Assembly (NCBI GenBank): GCA_023474215.1
Contig: JAMCYI010000011.1
Coordinates: forward strand, 16,739-80,738
DNA: 64,000 bases
Direction: 5' to 3'
Source: Patescibacteria group bacterium
GTDB taxonomy: Bacteria; Patescibacteriota; Minisyncoccia; UBA6257; GWB1-50-10
The notes below the pieces were generated by a model, which saw only the letters and a program-made list of their open reading frames with translations, was not told where the DNA came from and made no database searches. The position numbers and the translations under genes were made by a program. This document shows positions 17,908-26,604 of this stretch, piece by piece; position 1 is the first letter of the stretch; every line of letters begins with the position of its first letter.

Positions 17908-17994
17908 GGAGGCGTGGCCGAGTGGCTTAAGGCAGCATCCTGCTAAGATGTTAGGGGAGCAATCCCCTCGAAGGTTCGAATCCTTCCGCCTCCG
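17908..17994 (+). tRNA. tRNA-Ser (anticodon GCT), class II
   Basis: GGAGGCG acceptor, anticodon loop CTGCTAA, long variable arm GGGGAGCAATCCCCTC, T-arm GAAGGTTCGAATCCTTC, 3' CGCCTCC-G. Confidence 0.8.
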
Positions 17995-17996
17995 CA

Positions 17997-18136
17997 GGAG
18001 CGCATGCACGTGAACCGCTTCACGTGCATGAAGATTCGAACGCCGGAGCGTGTCCCGAGCTTGTCGAGGGACGCGAGGCGGTGCCCAGCCCGAGGCGCAA
18101 AGCCGAGAGGCGAGGGAGAATCCTTCCGCCTCCGCA
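17997..18136 (+). repeat. tRNA-attached GC-rich element, copy B (T-type), ending in an 18-nt duplicate of the tRNA-Ser 3' end
   Basis: 12-bp palindromic hairpin catgcacgtgaa-ccgc-ttcacgtgcatg. Conserved core AAGATTCGAACGCCGGAGCGTGTCCCGAGCTTGTCGAGGGACGCGAGGCGGTGCCCAGCCCGAGGCGCAAAGCCGAGAGGCGAGGGAG. Then aatccttccgcctccgca at 18119..18136, identical to the tRNA-Ser 3' terminus. Confidence 0.75.
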
Positions 18137-18141
18137 TTGAT

Positions 18142-18213
18142 GGCCTTATCGTCTAACGGCTAGGACAACGCCCTTTCACGGCGTAAATCCGGGTTCGATT
18201 CCCGGTGAGGCTA
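18142..18213 (+). tRNA. tRNA-Glu (anticodon TTC)
   Basis: TCGTCTAACGGCTAGGACA D-region, anticodon stem ACGCC/GGCGT with loop CTTTCAC, T-arm CCGGGTTCGATTCCCGG. The acceptor stem needs G1:U72 and U6:G67 wobble pairs. Confidence 0.7.
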
Positions 18214-18233
18214 CAAAAAGTTATAATTGACTT

Positions 18234-18713
18234 ATGGACGACGAAAAGAAAATAACGTGGGAGGCGCCGGAATTCGATTATGTCGAGAAGAGCGTCGGAT
18301 GGTATTTCATTTTCGGCGTTGTGTTCTTTGCCATGATCGTCTTCGGATGGTTCAGCCGCAATTTTTTCTTTATGATCTTCCTCTTGATCGCCGGCATTCT
18401 CGTTGTTGCATTGAGCAACCGGAAACCGGAAAAGGTGAAATTCATCCTCGGAGAGGAAGCGTGTACCATCGGAGCTTCAAAGACGCCCTACCGCTATTCC
18501 GAAATGAAGGGATTCGCCATTGTGGAACGCGAACACCGGAATAACCTTCTTGTTTTCCGGCGAAACGTCGCGGTGAACCAATATTTGAAATTGCCGCTCG
18601 AGAAGGGTATAACAAGCGAGGTACGCAGCTTCTTAAAAGAGAAGCTCGCCGAAGGAAGTTACGAAGAAGGCCTCTTGGACGTTCTCATCGATCGAGTAGG
18701 TCTGGGGTCATAA
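18234..18713 (+). CDS. hypothetical membrane protein
   Basis: Two TM helices (WYFIFGVVFFAMIVFGWF, FFMIFLLIAGILVVAL). No recognisable domain. Confidence 0.4.
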   Translation: MDDEKKITWEAPEFDYVEKSVGWYFIFGVVFFAMIVFGWFSRNFFFMIFLLIAGILVVALSNRKPEKVKFILGEEACTIGASKTPYRYSEMKGFAIVEREHRNNLLVFRRNVAVNQYLKLPLEKGITSEVRSFLKEKLAEGSYEEGLLDVLIDRVGLGS

Positions 18714-18716
18714 TTT

Positions 18717-18788
18717 GCCCTCGTCGTCCAACGGACAGGACGCGAGATTGCGGATCTCGAAATAGAGGTTCGATTCCTCTCGAGGGCA
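18717..18788 (+). tRNA. tRNA-Arg (anticodon reads GCG, unusual)
   Basis: GCCCTCG acceptor (same as the tRNA-Arg CCT at 35709), anticodon stem CGAGA/TCTCG with loop TTGCGGA, T-arm AGAGGTTCGATTCCTCT, discriminator A. Confidence 0.65.
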
Positions 18789-18937
18789 CAATAAAGTAAA
18801 TTGAGAAGCGCGCAAACTGCTTTGCGCGCGTTTGGAATCGAACGCCGGAGCATGTCCCGACCTCGCCGAGGGACGCGAGGCGGTGCCCAGCCCGAGGCGC
18901 GAGCCGAGAGGCGAGGGAGATTCCTCTCGAGGGCACA
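18789..18937 (+). repeat. tRNA-attached GC-rich element, copy C (T-type), ending in an 18-nt duplicate of the tRNA-Arg 3' end
   Basis: Hairpin gcgcgcaaa-ctgc-tttgcgcgc. Core GGAATCGAACGCCGGAGCATGTCCCGACCTCGCCGAGGGACGCGAGGCGGTGCCCAGCCCGAGGCGCGAGCCGAGAGGCGAGGGAG. Then attcctctcgagggcaca at 18920..18937, which equals the tRNA-Arg 3' end. Confidence 0.75.
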
Positions 18938-18940
18938 AAA

Positions 18941-18980
18941 ATCCCGCCGGTCCATTGACCGGCGGGATCTTTTTGTATTC
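18941..18980 (+). terminator. Rho-independent terminator
   Basis: atcccgccggtc-cattg-accggcgggat followed by ctttttgtattc. Confidence 0.65.
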
Positions 18981-18995
18981 GCTGTTTTTTCTATC

Positions 18996-19403
18996 CTATT
19001 GTCCTTGCCCGAATGTTTGCGGTCCGCCTGACGTTTGGCGCAACTGGATCGAATTTGCAGTCACGCTGCCATCCGCATTCGGCGTGCCGACCACAACGAC
19101 TCCCTCGCCCGCGGTAAGATCGGACGACGAAGCCGCAACCGATTTCATGATCGGCGTCGATGTCGAATAGAAGACAATTTCCGACCCTCCGTTCGGAAGC
19201 GACACAGTAATGCTGTTCGTCGCGACCTCACTCACGGTCCCCACAACACCCGATCCGTTTTGGCCGTTCCTTGTGAACTGCCGCGTGCCGTTCGAAGACA
19301 ACGTTTTGTTGCCGGCCGATCCGCCGCGGATCAAGATGCCGAGACCGAGACCGACGACCAGACAAATGACGCCGACAATGATGGCTGTTTTATTTTTTTG
19401 CAT
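18996..19403 (-). CDS. membrane-anchored exported hypothetical protein (paralog of 23063..23575)
   Basis: N-terminal anchor [19 protein letters not shown]. Gly/Ser/Thr-rich beta-strand-like C-terminal region similar to the gene flanking the other side of the efflux cluster. Confidence 0.4.
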   Translation of the reverse strand: MQKNKTAIIVGVICLVVGLGLGILIRGGSAGNKTLSSNGTRQFTRNGQNGSGVVGTVSEVATNSITVSLPNGGSEIVFYSTSTPIMKSVAASSSDLTAGEGVVVVGTPNADGSVTANSIQLRQTSGGPQTFGQGQ

Positions 19404-19434
19404 AGTCTCTTGTTATCATTCTGCGACCTTTTCC

Positions 19435-20658
19435 CTATTCATATCGCAGCGCTTCGATTGGATTCAACTGCGAGGCCCTGCGGGCTGGATAGTAGCCAAA
19501 GAGAATGCCGATGCCTGCCGAAACGCCGAATGCGAGAATGATCGAGAAAAGCGAGACTTGTGTCGTAATGCCGGCGAGAAGAGAGAGGAGAAGCGCAAGG
19601 ATCCATCCGAGAAGGATGCCGACAAACCCCCCGGAGAACGTGATGGCCACGGATTCGACGAGAAACTGATAAATAATGTCCTTCCGCTGGGCGCCGATCG
19701 CTTTCCGAAGGCCGATTTCCCGCGTCCGTTCGGTGACCGTCGTCAGCATCATATTCATGATGCCGATGCCGCCGACAAGGAGCGAGATGCCGGCAATCGA
19801 CGCAAGAAGCATGGTAAACGTGTTTGTGATGGTCGATGCCGTTGCGACGATCTGCGCTTGGTTATAGACGCTGAAGTCCGCCAAGGCTGGGTTTGAAATT
19901 TTGTGCCGCTGGAGCAAGAGATTCGTGATGCCCTGCTGCACGGCATCCATAACTTGGGAGTTCGCCGCCTCGACGCTCACCTGGCTGATGTACGTATCTC
20001 CCGCAAGATATTGCTGGGCGGTCGTCAAAGGTACATACACCATGTCGTCGGGACTGTTGAATCCGCTGCCTCCTTGCGAAACCGTGATGCCGATGATGCG
20101 GAACGGCACCTCGTTGATCTTGATGCTTTTTCCGACGGGATCCGTTCCCGTGGCAAAAAGGTCGCTCTCGACGGTCGGTCCAATGACCGCAACGCGCTCG
20201 AAGGATTGAAGATTGGCGTTCGAAATGAACGACCCTTCGGCAATCTGGACATTCCTTACGTTTGCGTAATCCGGCGTGGTTCCGACGATCTGCGTGTTGG
20301 TGTTGGTTCCTGGCGCGGTTATTTGAAATCTCAAGTTAAGGGCCGGTGCAACGGCCGCGACCGAGGGCACTTGAGAAGCGATCGCGTCCGCATCGGCCTG
20401 TGTCAGAGTTTGTGCGCTCCCCCGCCCGCCTGACACTTGGATGCCGACGCCTTTTTGAGTGCCCGGCACGACAAAGAGCAAATTGGAGCCAGCCGACTGG
20501 ATGCTCGCTTGGATACTCGCCTGAGTGCCCTCACCGATCGCGATCATTGCGATGACCGATGCGATGCCGATCACGATGCCAAGCATCGTGAGAAACGTCC
20601 GCGCTTTATTCGCGGTCAGGGCCCAATAGGTTTCTTCCAAAAGATCAATGGTTTTCAT
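19435..20658 (-). CDS. ABC transporter permease, MacB/FtsX family
   Basis: N-terminal TM helix, large periplasmic domain, C-terminal FtsX-like three-TM bundle (LLVGGIGIMNMMLTTVTERTREIGLRKAIGA). Confidence 0.8.
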   Translation of the reverse strand: MKTIDLLEETYWALTANKARTFLTMLGIVIGIASVIAMIAIGEGTQASIQASIQSAGSNLLFVVPGTQKGVGIQVSGGRGSAQTLTQADADAIASQVPSVAAVAPALNLRFQITAPGTNTNTQIVGTTPDYANVRNVQIAEGSFISNANLQSFERVAVIGPTVESDLFATGTDPVGKSIKINEVPFRIIGITVSQGGSGFNSPDDMVYVPLTTAQQYLAGDTYISQVSVEAANSQVMDAVQQGITNLLLQRHKISNPALADFSVYNQAQIVATASTITNTFTMLLASIAGISLLVGGIGIMNMMLTTVTERTREIGLRKAIGAQRKDIIYQFLVESVAITFSGGFVGILLGWILALLLSLLAGITTQVSLFSIILAFGVSAGIGILFGYYPARRASQLNPIEALRYE

Positions 20659-21340
20659 GGCGTTTGACTAATTCATCGCTCAATATTTTTCCATCCTTGA
20701 TATGAATGATGCGCTTCGCGTGCATTGCGACGTCGGGTTCGTGCGTAATAAGGACGATCGTCCTCCCCTCGTCGTTCAATTTCTTGAATGTACCGAGGAC
20801 GATCTCGCCGGTCTGCGTGTCGAGATTGCCGGTCGGCTCGTCCGCAAGCACGATGGTTGGGTTATTCACGAGAGCGCGCGCGATCGCAACGCGCTGCATT
20901 TGGCCGCCGGACAATTGGTTCGACCGGTATGAGAAATGCGCTTCATCAAGGCCTGCGGCGAGGATCGCCCGTTCTGCGCGCTTGTTCCGCTCTTCTTTCG
21001 GTACGCCGGCATAAATGAGCGGAAGGGAAACGTTCCGGACGACGGTCGCGCGCGGCAGGAGGTTGAACGCCTGAAAAACGAAACCGATGCGCTCCTTTCG
21101 GATATTCGCAAGTTCTTCTTCGGAGAAGGATGAGATATCTTTGCCGTCCAAAAGATACTGCCCTGCCGTCGGCGTATCGAGCGCTCCCAAGATATGCATC
21201 AAGGTCGACTTGCCGGACCCCGAAGGCCCCATGATCGCGACATACTCGCCATCTTTGATGGTGAAAGAGACACCCTTCAAAGCGTAGGTCGAAATGTCGC
21301 CATTGCTGTAGACCTTCGTAATGTCGCGGCATTCTATCAT
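20645..21340 (-). CDS. ABC transporter ATP-binding protein (MacB/LolD-type)
   Basis: Walker [13 protein letters not shown] signature [15 protein letters not shown], Walker [12 protein letters not shown]. Confidence 0.9.
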   Translation of the reverse strand: MIECRDITKVYSNGDISTYALKGVSFTIKDGEYVAIMGPSGSGKSTLMHILGALDTPTAGQYLLDGKDISSFSEEELANIRKERIGFVFQAFNLLPRATVVRNVSLPLIYAGVPKEERNKRAERAILAAGLDEAHFSYRSNQLSGGQMQRVAIARALVNNPTIVLADEPTGNLDTQTGEIVLGTFKKLNDEGRTIVLITHEPDVAMHAKRIIHIKDGKILSDELVKRHENH

Positions 21341-21345
21341 ATTGA

Positions 21346-23055
21346 TTATCCGCCGATGCGGAATATACCGCCGCCGGGGCCGCCGAACCGTCCCGCACCT
21401 CCCGCTTGAGTCGCCGAGACGGTGCTTGCAGAAGAACTGTTGGTTTGCGTTACGACGATGTCCCCCTCCGAAAGTCCATTTGTCACTTCGGTGTTTGAAT
21501 CATCAGCCGCACCAGTTTGCACGACCGTTTCTTTCGGGGCAGCCGAAGAAACAACGAGAGAGCTTTCCGCAGCGGCCGGCGTTATCGTCGACTTGTCGAG
21601 CGTTTCCACATAACTTATGGAGCCTTGCGACTTCACTGCGGCATTGGGGACGACGAGGACGTTTTGATGGACGCCGGTCACGATATTCGCCGTCACGCTC
21701 ATGCCGGCGCGAATGGAAGGATCCTGCGTTTCAAGCGATATTTTTACGTTGTAATTCACGACGCCTTGCGTGACGGTTCCCACGTTGTCGATCTCCGCGA
21801 CTTTCCCGACGACAGTGAGATCGGGCAATGCATCGAACGTCACGGTCGCAAGGTCGCCGATCTTAATGTTCGCCACATCGGCTTCATTCAGCGTCACTTC
21901 GGCGATCTTTTGATTTGCGACGATCGTCCCGATCTCCGTGGAACCGGTGGTTCCCGCGACCGTCGATCCGGTGATGAGGTCGCCGACTTGAATGTTCAAG
22001 ATAGCGACCTCACCGGAAAAGGGCGCCGTAATGATGTTGTTGTTGTAATTGGTTTGGGCATTCTGCACCGACGCTTCCGCATTCAAAACGGAGGCTTGAG
22101 CCGCTTTGATGTCGGCATCCGTTGGCGGCGCCGTCAGTTGCGCAAGCGAGTTTTCCGCCGACGCGAGCGAATTTTTGCCGCTTTGAATGCTTTGCATGTC
22201 AGAAATGACGGTCGAAATGTTCCCTTCGACGCTCGTGACGGCAGATGCAACGCTCGACCGATCGGATGCGATGGTCGTTGCACTGAACGAAGGAGAAGCA
22301 ATCGCATTCACGAGCGAATTTTCCAAATCGAGGAAAAATGTTTTGATCGCCGAGAGATGGTTCAGCGACGCTTGGGCTTCCGCATCGAATGCACTCGAGG
22401 TCGCCGTCGGACTGAGCGCCTGGAGTTCGCTCTGCCATGCGGCAAGGTCGCTGTTCACCGCAGCCCGGTCGTTTTGGGCGTTGATCTGGGACTGCATGTC
22501 GTTCGTCGAGTAAATGAGCGTTGGAAGGGATGTGTTGGGATTGTTGAAAAGGCTGTCCGTCGTATTGTGAACAGAGCTCCAAACGGTCGTATACACGGAG
22601 TTCAAGTCGTTATACAAGCTTACGTATTCGTGGTTCAGCGAGTTTTCCGCCGAATCGACGGAAAGCTGCGACGCCTGAACCTGCAAACTGGTCGGTCCTG
22701 CAATGAGTTTTTCATAGTTCGCCTCTGCGCTTGCAAGAGCTGCCTTTGCTTGGCCAACGGAAGACGACGCTGCCGATTCGTCGAGAACGGCGATCACTTG
22801 TCCGGCTTTTACATAATCCCCTTGCTTGACCTCGACGGCCGTCACTTTTCCGGACGCCAAGGGCGTGATATTCACCTGATTCTCCCCCGAAACCTGCCCC
22901 GTACCGCTCACATATGAAACGATGGTTCCCCGCGAGGCCGTCGCGATCGCGTACGTCGTGACGGTGCTCTTCTTCAAGAACAAGAAGTAACCGGCGACTA
23001 AAACGACGACAATGACGACTGCAAGAGCCCACTTCTTTTTGAAAATTTTCAACAT
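21346..23055 (-). CDS. HlyD-family periplasmic adaptor (membrane fusion protein) with long coiled-coil
   Basis: N-terminal anchor ALAVVIVVVLVAGYFLF, biotinyl/lipoyl-like and beta-barrel segments (VKQGDYVKAGQVIAVLD; VLVVPNAAV), very long Ala/Ser/Asn-rich helical hairpin region. Confidence 0.7.
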   Translation of the reverse strand: MLKIFKKKWALAVVIVVVLVAGYFLFLKKSTVTTYAIATASRGTIVSYVSGTGQVSGENQVNITPLASGKVTAVEVKQGDYVKAGQVIAVLDESAASSSVGQAKAALASAEANYEKLIAGPTSLQVQASQLSVDSAENSLNHEYVSLYNDLNSVYTTVWSSVHNTTDSLFNNPNTSLPTLIYSTNDMQSQINAQNDRAAVNSDLAAWQSELQALSPTATSSAFDAEAQASLNHLSAIKTFFLDLENSLVNAIASPSFSATTIASDRSSVASAVTSVEGNISTVISDMQSIQSGKNSLASAENSLAQLTAPPTDADIKAAQASVLNAEASVQNAQTNYNNNIITAPFSGEVAILNIQVGDLITGSTVAGTTGSTEIGTIVANQKIAEVTLNEADVANIKIGDLATVTFDALPDLTVVGKVAEIDNVGTVTQGVVNYNVKISLETQDPSIRAGMSVTANIVTGVHQNVLVVPNAAVKSQGSISYVETLDKSTITPAAAESSLVVSSAAPKETVVQTGAADDSNTEVTNGLSEGDIVVTQTNSSSASTVSATQAGGAGRFGGPGGGIFRIGG

Positions 23056-23062
23056 TTTATTT

Positions 23063-23575
23063 TTATTGACTGGTCCCCGTTGCGCGATAGAGCATCACGG
23101 GACCGCTTCCACCGGACGGCAACGTCGCGTCTGTCGGAAAGATCCGGATAAGTTTCGCTTCGATCTCGCCCGTCGAACTCGGCTCGCCGATCACGACCAG
23201 CGGGTCTCCCACGTGGATATCTCCGATGGCGGCATTCGACGCACCGGCCCGGATTACGGTACTCGTATCGACGGCGATGGTTTTTTCGTTATTGTCGTTC
23301 GATTTGATGACGATCGTGCTCGATCCGACGGAAATCACCGTTCCGGCATTCCCGAAAGCACTCCGCAAACCGCTTCCCCCGCCGGACGAAACGAAGAAGC
23401 CCGGTCTCGGCTCACCGAAGAAGCGCCCGTAATTTCTTCCCCAATTCTCATTGAAATTCGCCTTTCGGATCCCCATAACGACGCCGAATCGGAAAACCAA
23501 AAGAAGGAGGATGATCTCGAGAATCCCTCCGACAACGACCCAAAACCACTTCATTTTAAGAATGTCGTGATGCAT
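23063..23575 (-). CDS. membrane-anchored exported hypothetical protein (paralog of 18996..19403)
   Basis: TM anchor WFWVVVGGILEIILLLLVF. C-terminal GTVISVGSSTIVIKS...VDTSTVI region resembles the 18996 gene. Confidence 0.4.
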   Translation of the reverse strand: MHHDILKMKWFWVVVGGILEIILLLLVFRFGVVMGIRKANFNENWGRNYGRFFGEPRPGFFVSSGGGSGLRSAFGNAGTVISVGSSTIVIKSNDNNEKTIAVDTSTVIRAGASNAAIGDIHVGDPLVVIGEPSSTGEIEAKLIRIFPTDATLPSGGSGPVMLYRATGTSQ

Positions 23576-23990
23576 ACGTTAATTTTGTCTTGACGGCCTT
23601 CTTGAAATTTTTGATTGCAAAAATCAAAGAAATGAAAAGGACGAGCGCAAGGGCAAGAAAACCGATGACGGGGAGGATGGGAAGCGATTCCGCGAGAGAC
23701 GCAAAATAATCGCCGAAATTTGCTATGACGGTCCCGAAATCCGAAAAGAGAAGTGGAAAGATCTGCGATGTTCCCGCCGTTGAAAATGCCGCCCCTGCCG
23801 ACTGGATCACAAAGTAAAGCCCCGCAATCGATCCGGCCGCAAAGATGCCGAAAATCGTCGCTTTTCTTTCCGCAAGCTGCTTTCTCTTCTTTTCCAAAGC
23901 AAAAATGATCCGATCGGCAAGGCCGGAAACGGTCCGATAATCCAAATCAGAGAGTATTTTCCCCAAGCGATCGGTATACCTTTCCATCAA
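23556..23990 (-). CDS. putative anti-sigma factor / membrane protein downstream of the ECF sigma gene
   Basis: Cytoplasmic N-terminal helix followed by several TM helices. Position immediately after the ECF sigma gene, 4-nt spacing. Confidence 0.35.
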   Translation of the reverse strand: MMERYTDRLGKILSDLDYRTVSGLADRIIFALEKKRKQLAERKATIFGIFAAGSIAGLYFVIQSAGAAFSTAGTSQIFPLLFSDFGTVIANFGDYFASLAESLPILPVIGFLALALVLFISLIFAIKNFKKAVKTKLTYASRHS

Positions 23991-24008
23991 AGATGGATAC
24001 GAGAAACC

Positions 24009-24578
24009 CTAAGGTTTCGGTGCATCCCCTGCCTCCAGTTTCTTTTTGAGCTCCTGGAGAGCCCTTCGATGTCTGCTCCGCACCGTGTTTTCGGAGATAC
24101 CCGTCGCTTCGGCGATCTCCCGGAAATTCATTTGATTCTCATAGTAGAGCACGAGGACCGACCGGTACGCCGGCGAAAGTTCTTCGAGCATCTTCCCAAT
24201 CATTATTTTCACCTCCTTCCGTTCCAGAACCTCGCTCGGGCTTTCGTTGTCATCCTCGACATTCTCCACGATGCTTTCGTTGTCTTCGGCCTCGATATCT
24301 GAGAATTTGAGTTCTCTTCGTTTCCGGAGATGGTCGATAATGGCATTCCGCGCGATTTGGAAAATCCACACCTTGAATTTCCGTTTCGTATCGAATTTCG
24401 TGAGGTTCTTCCAAACGCGGAAGAAAACATCCTGCGTCAGATCTTCCGCTTTTCCTTCGTCTTTGATGTATTGATGGATGAAGTTGAAAATATGGTCGGC
24501 ATACCGCTTGACGAGCACATCGAAAAGATGCTCCTCTCCCTGAAGGCAGAGTTCCACCAATTTTTCATCCGACCCCAT
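24009..24578 (-). CDS. RNA polymerase sigma factor, ECF (sigma-70 family, regions 2 and 4)
   Basis: Region 2 LTQDVFFRVWKNL...IARNAIIDHLRKRR. Region 4 YRSVLVLYYENQMNFREIAEATGISENTVRSRHRRALQEL. Start trimmed to MGSDEKLVE at 24578, since ORF 24009..24830 extends over the upstream gene. Confidence 0.8.
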   Translation of the reverse strand: MGSDEKLVELCLQGEEHLFDVLVKRYADHIFNFIHQYIKDEGKAEDLTQDVFFRVWKNLTKFDTKRKFKVWIFQIARNAIIDHLRKRRELKFSDIEAEDNESIVENVEDDNESPSEVLERKEVKIMIGKMLEELSPAYRSVLVLYYENQMNFREIAEATGISENTVRSRHRRALQELKKKLEAGDAPKP

Positions 24579-24586
24579 GGAGGAGA

Positions 24587-25447
24587 TTATCGCACGAACC
24601 GGAGATAAATGCCCGACGGAACGATCCGGTCGGATGTTCTTTCGCGAATCGCGATCTCGCCGAATTCTGCGTTCTTCGCTTCGGGAAATGATCCTCCGAC
24701 TGCTTGGAGGAACGACTGCGGCGAGTACCCGGCAGCATACCCATTCAAAAGAAAAAATGATCCTGGCTTCTTCGCGAGAAGTTTCGCAAGAACACCGAGA
24801 AGTTTTTGAATATCCTCTTCGATGCGCCACACTTCATTTTCCGGCCCGCGGCCGAATGCCGGCGGATCAAGAACGATTCCTTCATAAACGTGGCTGCGCC
24901 TCACTTCCCGCTCGGCGAATCTCAAGGCATCATCGAGAAGGACCCGCATCGCGCCCTCCGGGACATCGGAAAGCTTTGCGTTTTCCTTCGCCCACAAATT
25001 GCTCTGTTTCGACGCGTCGATGTGCGTGACCGTCGCGCCGTTTTTTGCCGCAACGATCGATGCGATCCCCGTGTACCCGAAGAGATTCAAGACCTGCGGC
25101 TCTTTGAGCGCGGCGACGCGCGCGGCAAGCCATTCCCAGTTCACCGATTGTTCGGGGAAAATTCCCGTGTGCTTGAAGGACGTCAAGCGCGCCGTGAAGC
25201 GAACATCGCCCCATGACATTTCCCACGATTCGGGAACGCCTTTGTTCTTCCACGCTCCTTTCCCGCCATTCCAGGCAAATTCCGCTTGCGCTTCCTTCCA
25301 TTCCGCGGGCCGGCTTGGTTTCCAGATCGCCTGCGTTTCCGGCCGTATCACGATATATTTGCCGTACCGCTCGAGTTTTTTATTGTCTCCCGAATCGATG
25401 AGCTCGTAATCACTCCACGGTTCCGCCATAAGATCAACATTTTTCAT
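24587..25447 (-). CDS. class I SAM-dependent RNA methyltransferase (RlmI/RlmK-like)
   Basis: LNLFGYTGIASIVAAKNGATVTHIDASK (SAM-binding fold), DPPAFGRG motif typical of RNA m5C/m2G methyltransferases. Confidence 0.6.
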   Translation of the reverse strand: MKNVDLMAEPWSDYELIDSGDNKKLERYGKYIVIRPETQAIWKPSRPAEWKEAQAEFAWNGGKGAWKNKGVPESWEMSWGDVRFTARLTSFKHTGIFPEQSVNWEWLAARVAALKEPQVLNLFGYTGIASIVAAKNGATVTHIDASKQSNLWAKENAKLSDVPEGAMRVLLDDALRFAEREVRRSHVYEGIVLDPPAFGRGPENEVWRIEEDIQKLLGVLAKLLAKKPGSFFLLNGYAAGYSPQSFLQAVGGSFPEAKNAEFGEIAIRERTSDRIVPSGIYLRFVR

Positions 25448-25577
25448 AATAAATTCTAAATTCAAAATCTTAAATCCTAAATAAATCCAAATGTCCTAAA
25501 TCTAAAAATACTAAACACGTGTTTTGGTCATTGTTATTTTGAATTTCGGTCATTGTTTAGGATTTAGTGCTTAGAGC

Positions 25578-26390
25578 TTAGGATTTCGAAGCACCAAGAT
25601 GCTTCGCGCTCCACGCATAGAGAACGACGGCCGCGGAGACCGAGGCGTTCAGCGATTCGCATACGGGGTCCATTGGGATCCGAAGTCGTACGTCGCAAAG
25701 TTCCAGGGTCTTCTCGCGAATCCCCCGCCCCTCGTTCCCGACAATGAAAAGCGCAGGCGCATCGAATGGTTCGTCCGCAATGTTCGTGGAACCGTTCATC
25801 ACAAGACCGTAGGTTTTGAATCCCATCTCCTTGAGATCCTGAATCGCATAGTTCACGTTCCCGATCGAGACCAAGGGCACCGAAAAAACCATGCCGGCCG
25901 AGACCTTCACGACGGCGCCCGTGACCGGAGCCTGCCGGTGCTCGGGAATCAAGACGCCCGACGCGCCGAACGCGGCCGCCGACCGGATAACGGCTCCCAC
26001 ATTGTGCGGATCGGTCAGTTCATCTAAGAGGACGAGGATTGTTTCTTCCGTTGGTTTGAGATTCTTTTTAAAAACGCTGAAATCAACGACAAGCGACGTG
26101 GGATCCACAACGGCGATGACGCCTTGGTGTGACGCGTCTTTCCCCACGAGGTGCGCGGCGTCGTTCGATTTCATAATCGAGAACGGAATCCCCCGCTTCG
26201 AGAGGTTCTCCCGGAGATCCCGCTCGCTCGCTTCGGGTGAGAGGAATACCTTCTTGACCGTGTGCGGAGCTTTTGCGAGCGCTTCCTCCAAGGCATGCCG
26301 GCCGTACATATAGATCTTCTCCTGATTATGGGAGGTGCGTCCGTTGAACTTCTCCCGCCTCTCGAACTTCCTTGACCTGAATTTCTTCAT
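25578..26390 (-). CDS. rlmB: TrmH/SpoU-family RNA 2'-O-methyltransferase (RlmB-like)
   Basis: N-terminal L30e-like substrate-binding domain (YGRHALEEAL), SpoU motifs LLDELTDPHNVGAVIRSAAAFGA, IVGNEGRGI, ESLNASVSAAVVLY. The true start may be an internal Met. Confidence 0.75.
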   Translation of the reverse strand: MKKFRSRKFERREKFNGRTSHNQEKIYMYGRHALEEALAKAPHTVKKVFLSPEASERDLRENLSKRGIPFSIMKSNDAAHLVGKDASHQGVIAVVDPTSLVVDFSVFKKNLKPTEETILVLLDELTDPHNVGAVIRSAAAFGASGVLIPEHRQAPVTGAVVKVSAGMVFSVPLVSIGNVNYAIQDLKEMGFKTYGLVMNGSTNIADEPFDAPALFIVGNEGRGIREKTLELCDVRLRIPMDPVCESLNASVSAAVVLYAWSAKHLGASKS

Positions 26391-26604
26391 ATATGCTCAA
26401 GCATACCCTACGCCCACTGGATTTGACAACGTCTTCTCTGTATATAATAGTTAAATCAATGAAATTGACTATTGTAATAGATTCTTGGCATTACCATCAC
26501 CTTTTCTGGCGAAAGGGTGCATAATGCACTTGTTCTCGATAAACGATTTTCCATTATTGAACACCCTCTCGCGAAGCAGGGTGTTTTTATAATTTTCTTC
26601 TTCC

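Noticed and set aside
17943-18137. Six-frame ORFs over the tRNA-attached elements (17943..18137, 18659..18955, 18685..18936, 18708..18938, 18801..19031, 18832..19170, 14704..15075, 14534..14773) sharing peptides such as APRAGHRLASL and RSMSRPRRGTRGG
   Set aside because: They overlap tRNA genes and each other on both strands, are Arg/Pro/Gly-rich as expected from GC-rich noncoding sequence, and their similarity is fully explained by the nucleotide repeat.
21517-22917. 466-aa plus-strand ORF (Arg-rich) and other long antisense ORFs (for example 49920..51266, 38332..39180, 19210..19896)
   Set aside because: They are antisense to well-supported genes (HlyD adaptor, GlyRS, HtrA, MacB permease), have extreme Arg/His/Asp composition typical of antisense frames of GC-balanced genes, and show no motifs.
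24009-24830. 273-aa version of the ECF sigma ORF
   Set aside because: The first 84 codons overlap the upstream methyltransferase gene and lack sigma-factor features. Trimmed to the Met at 24578.
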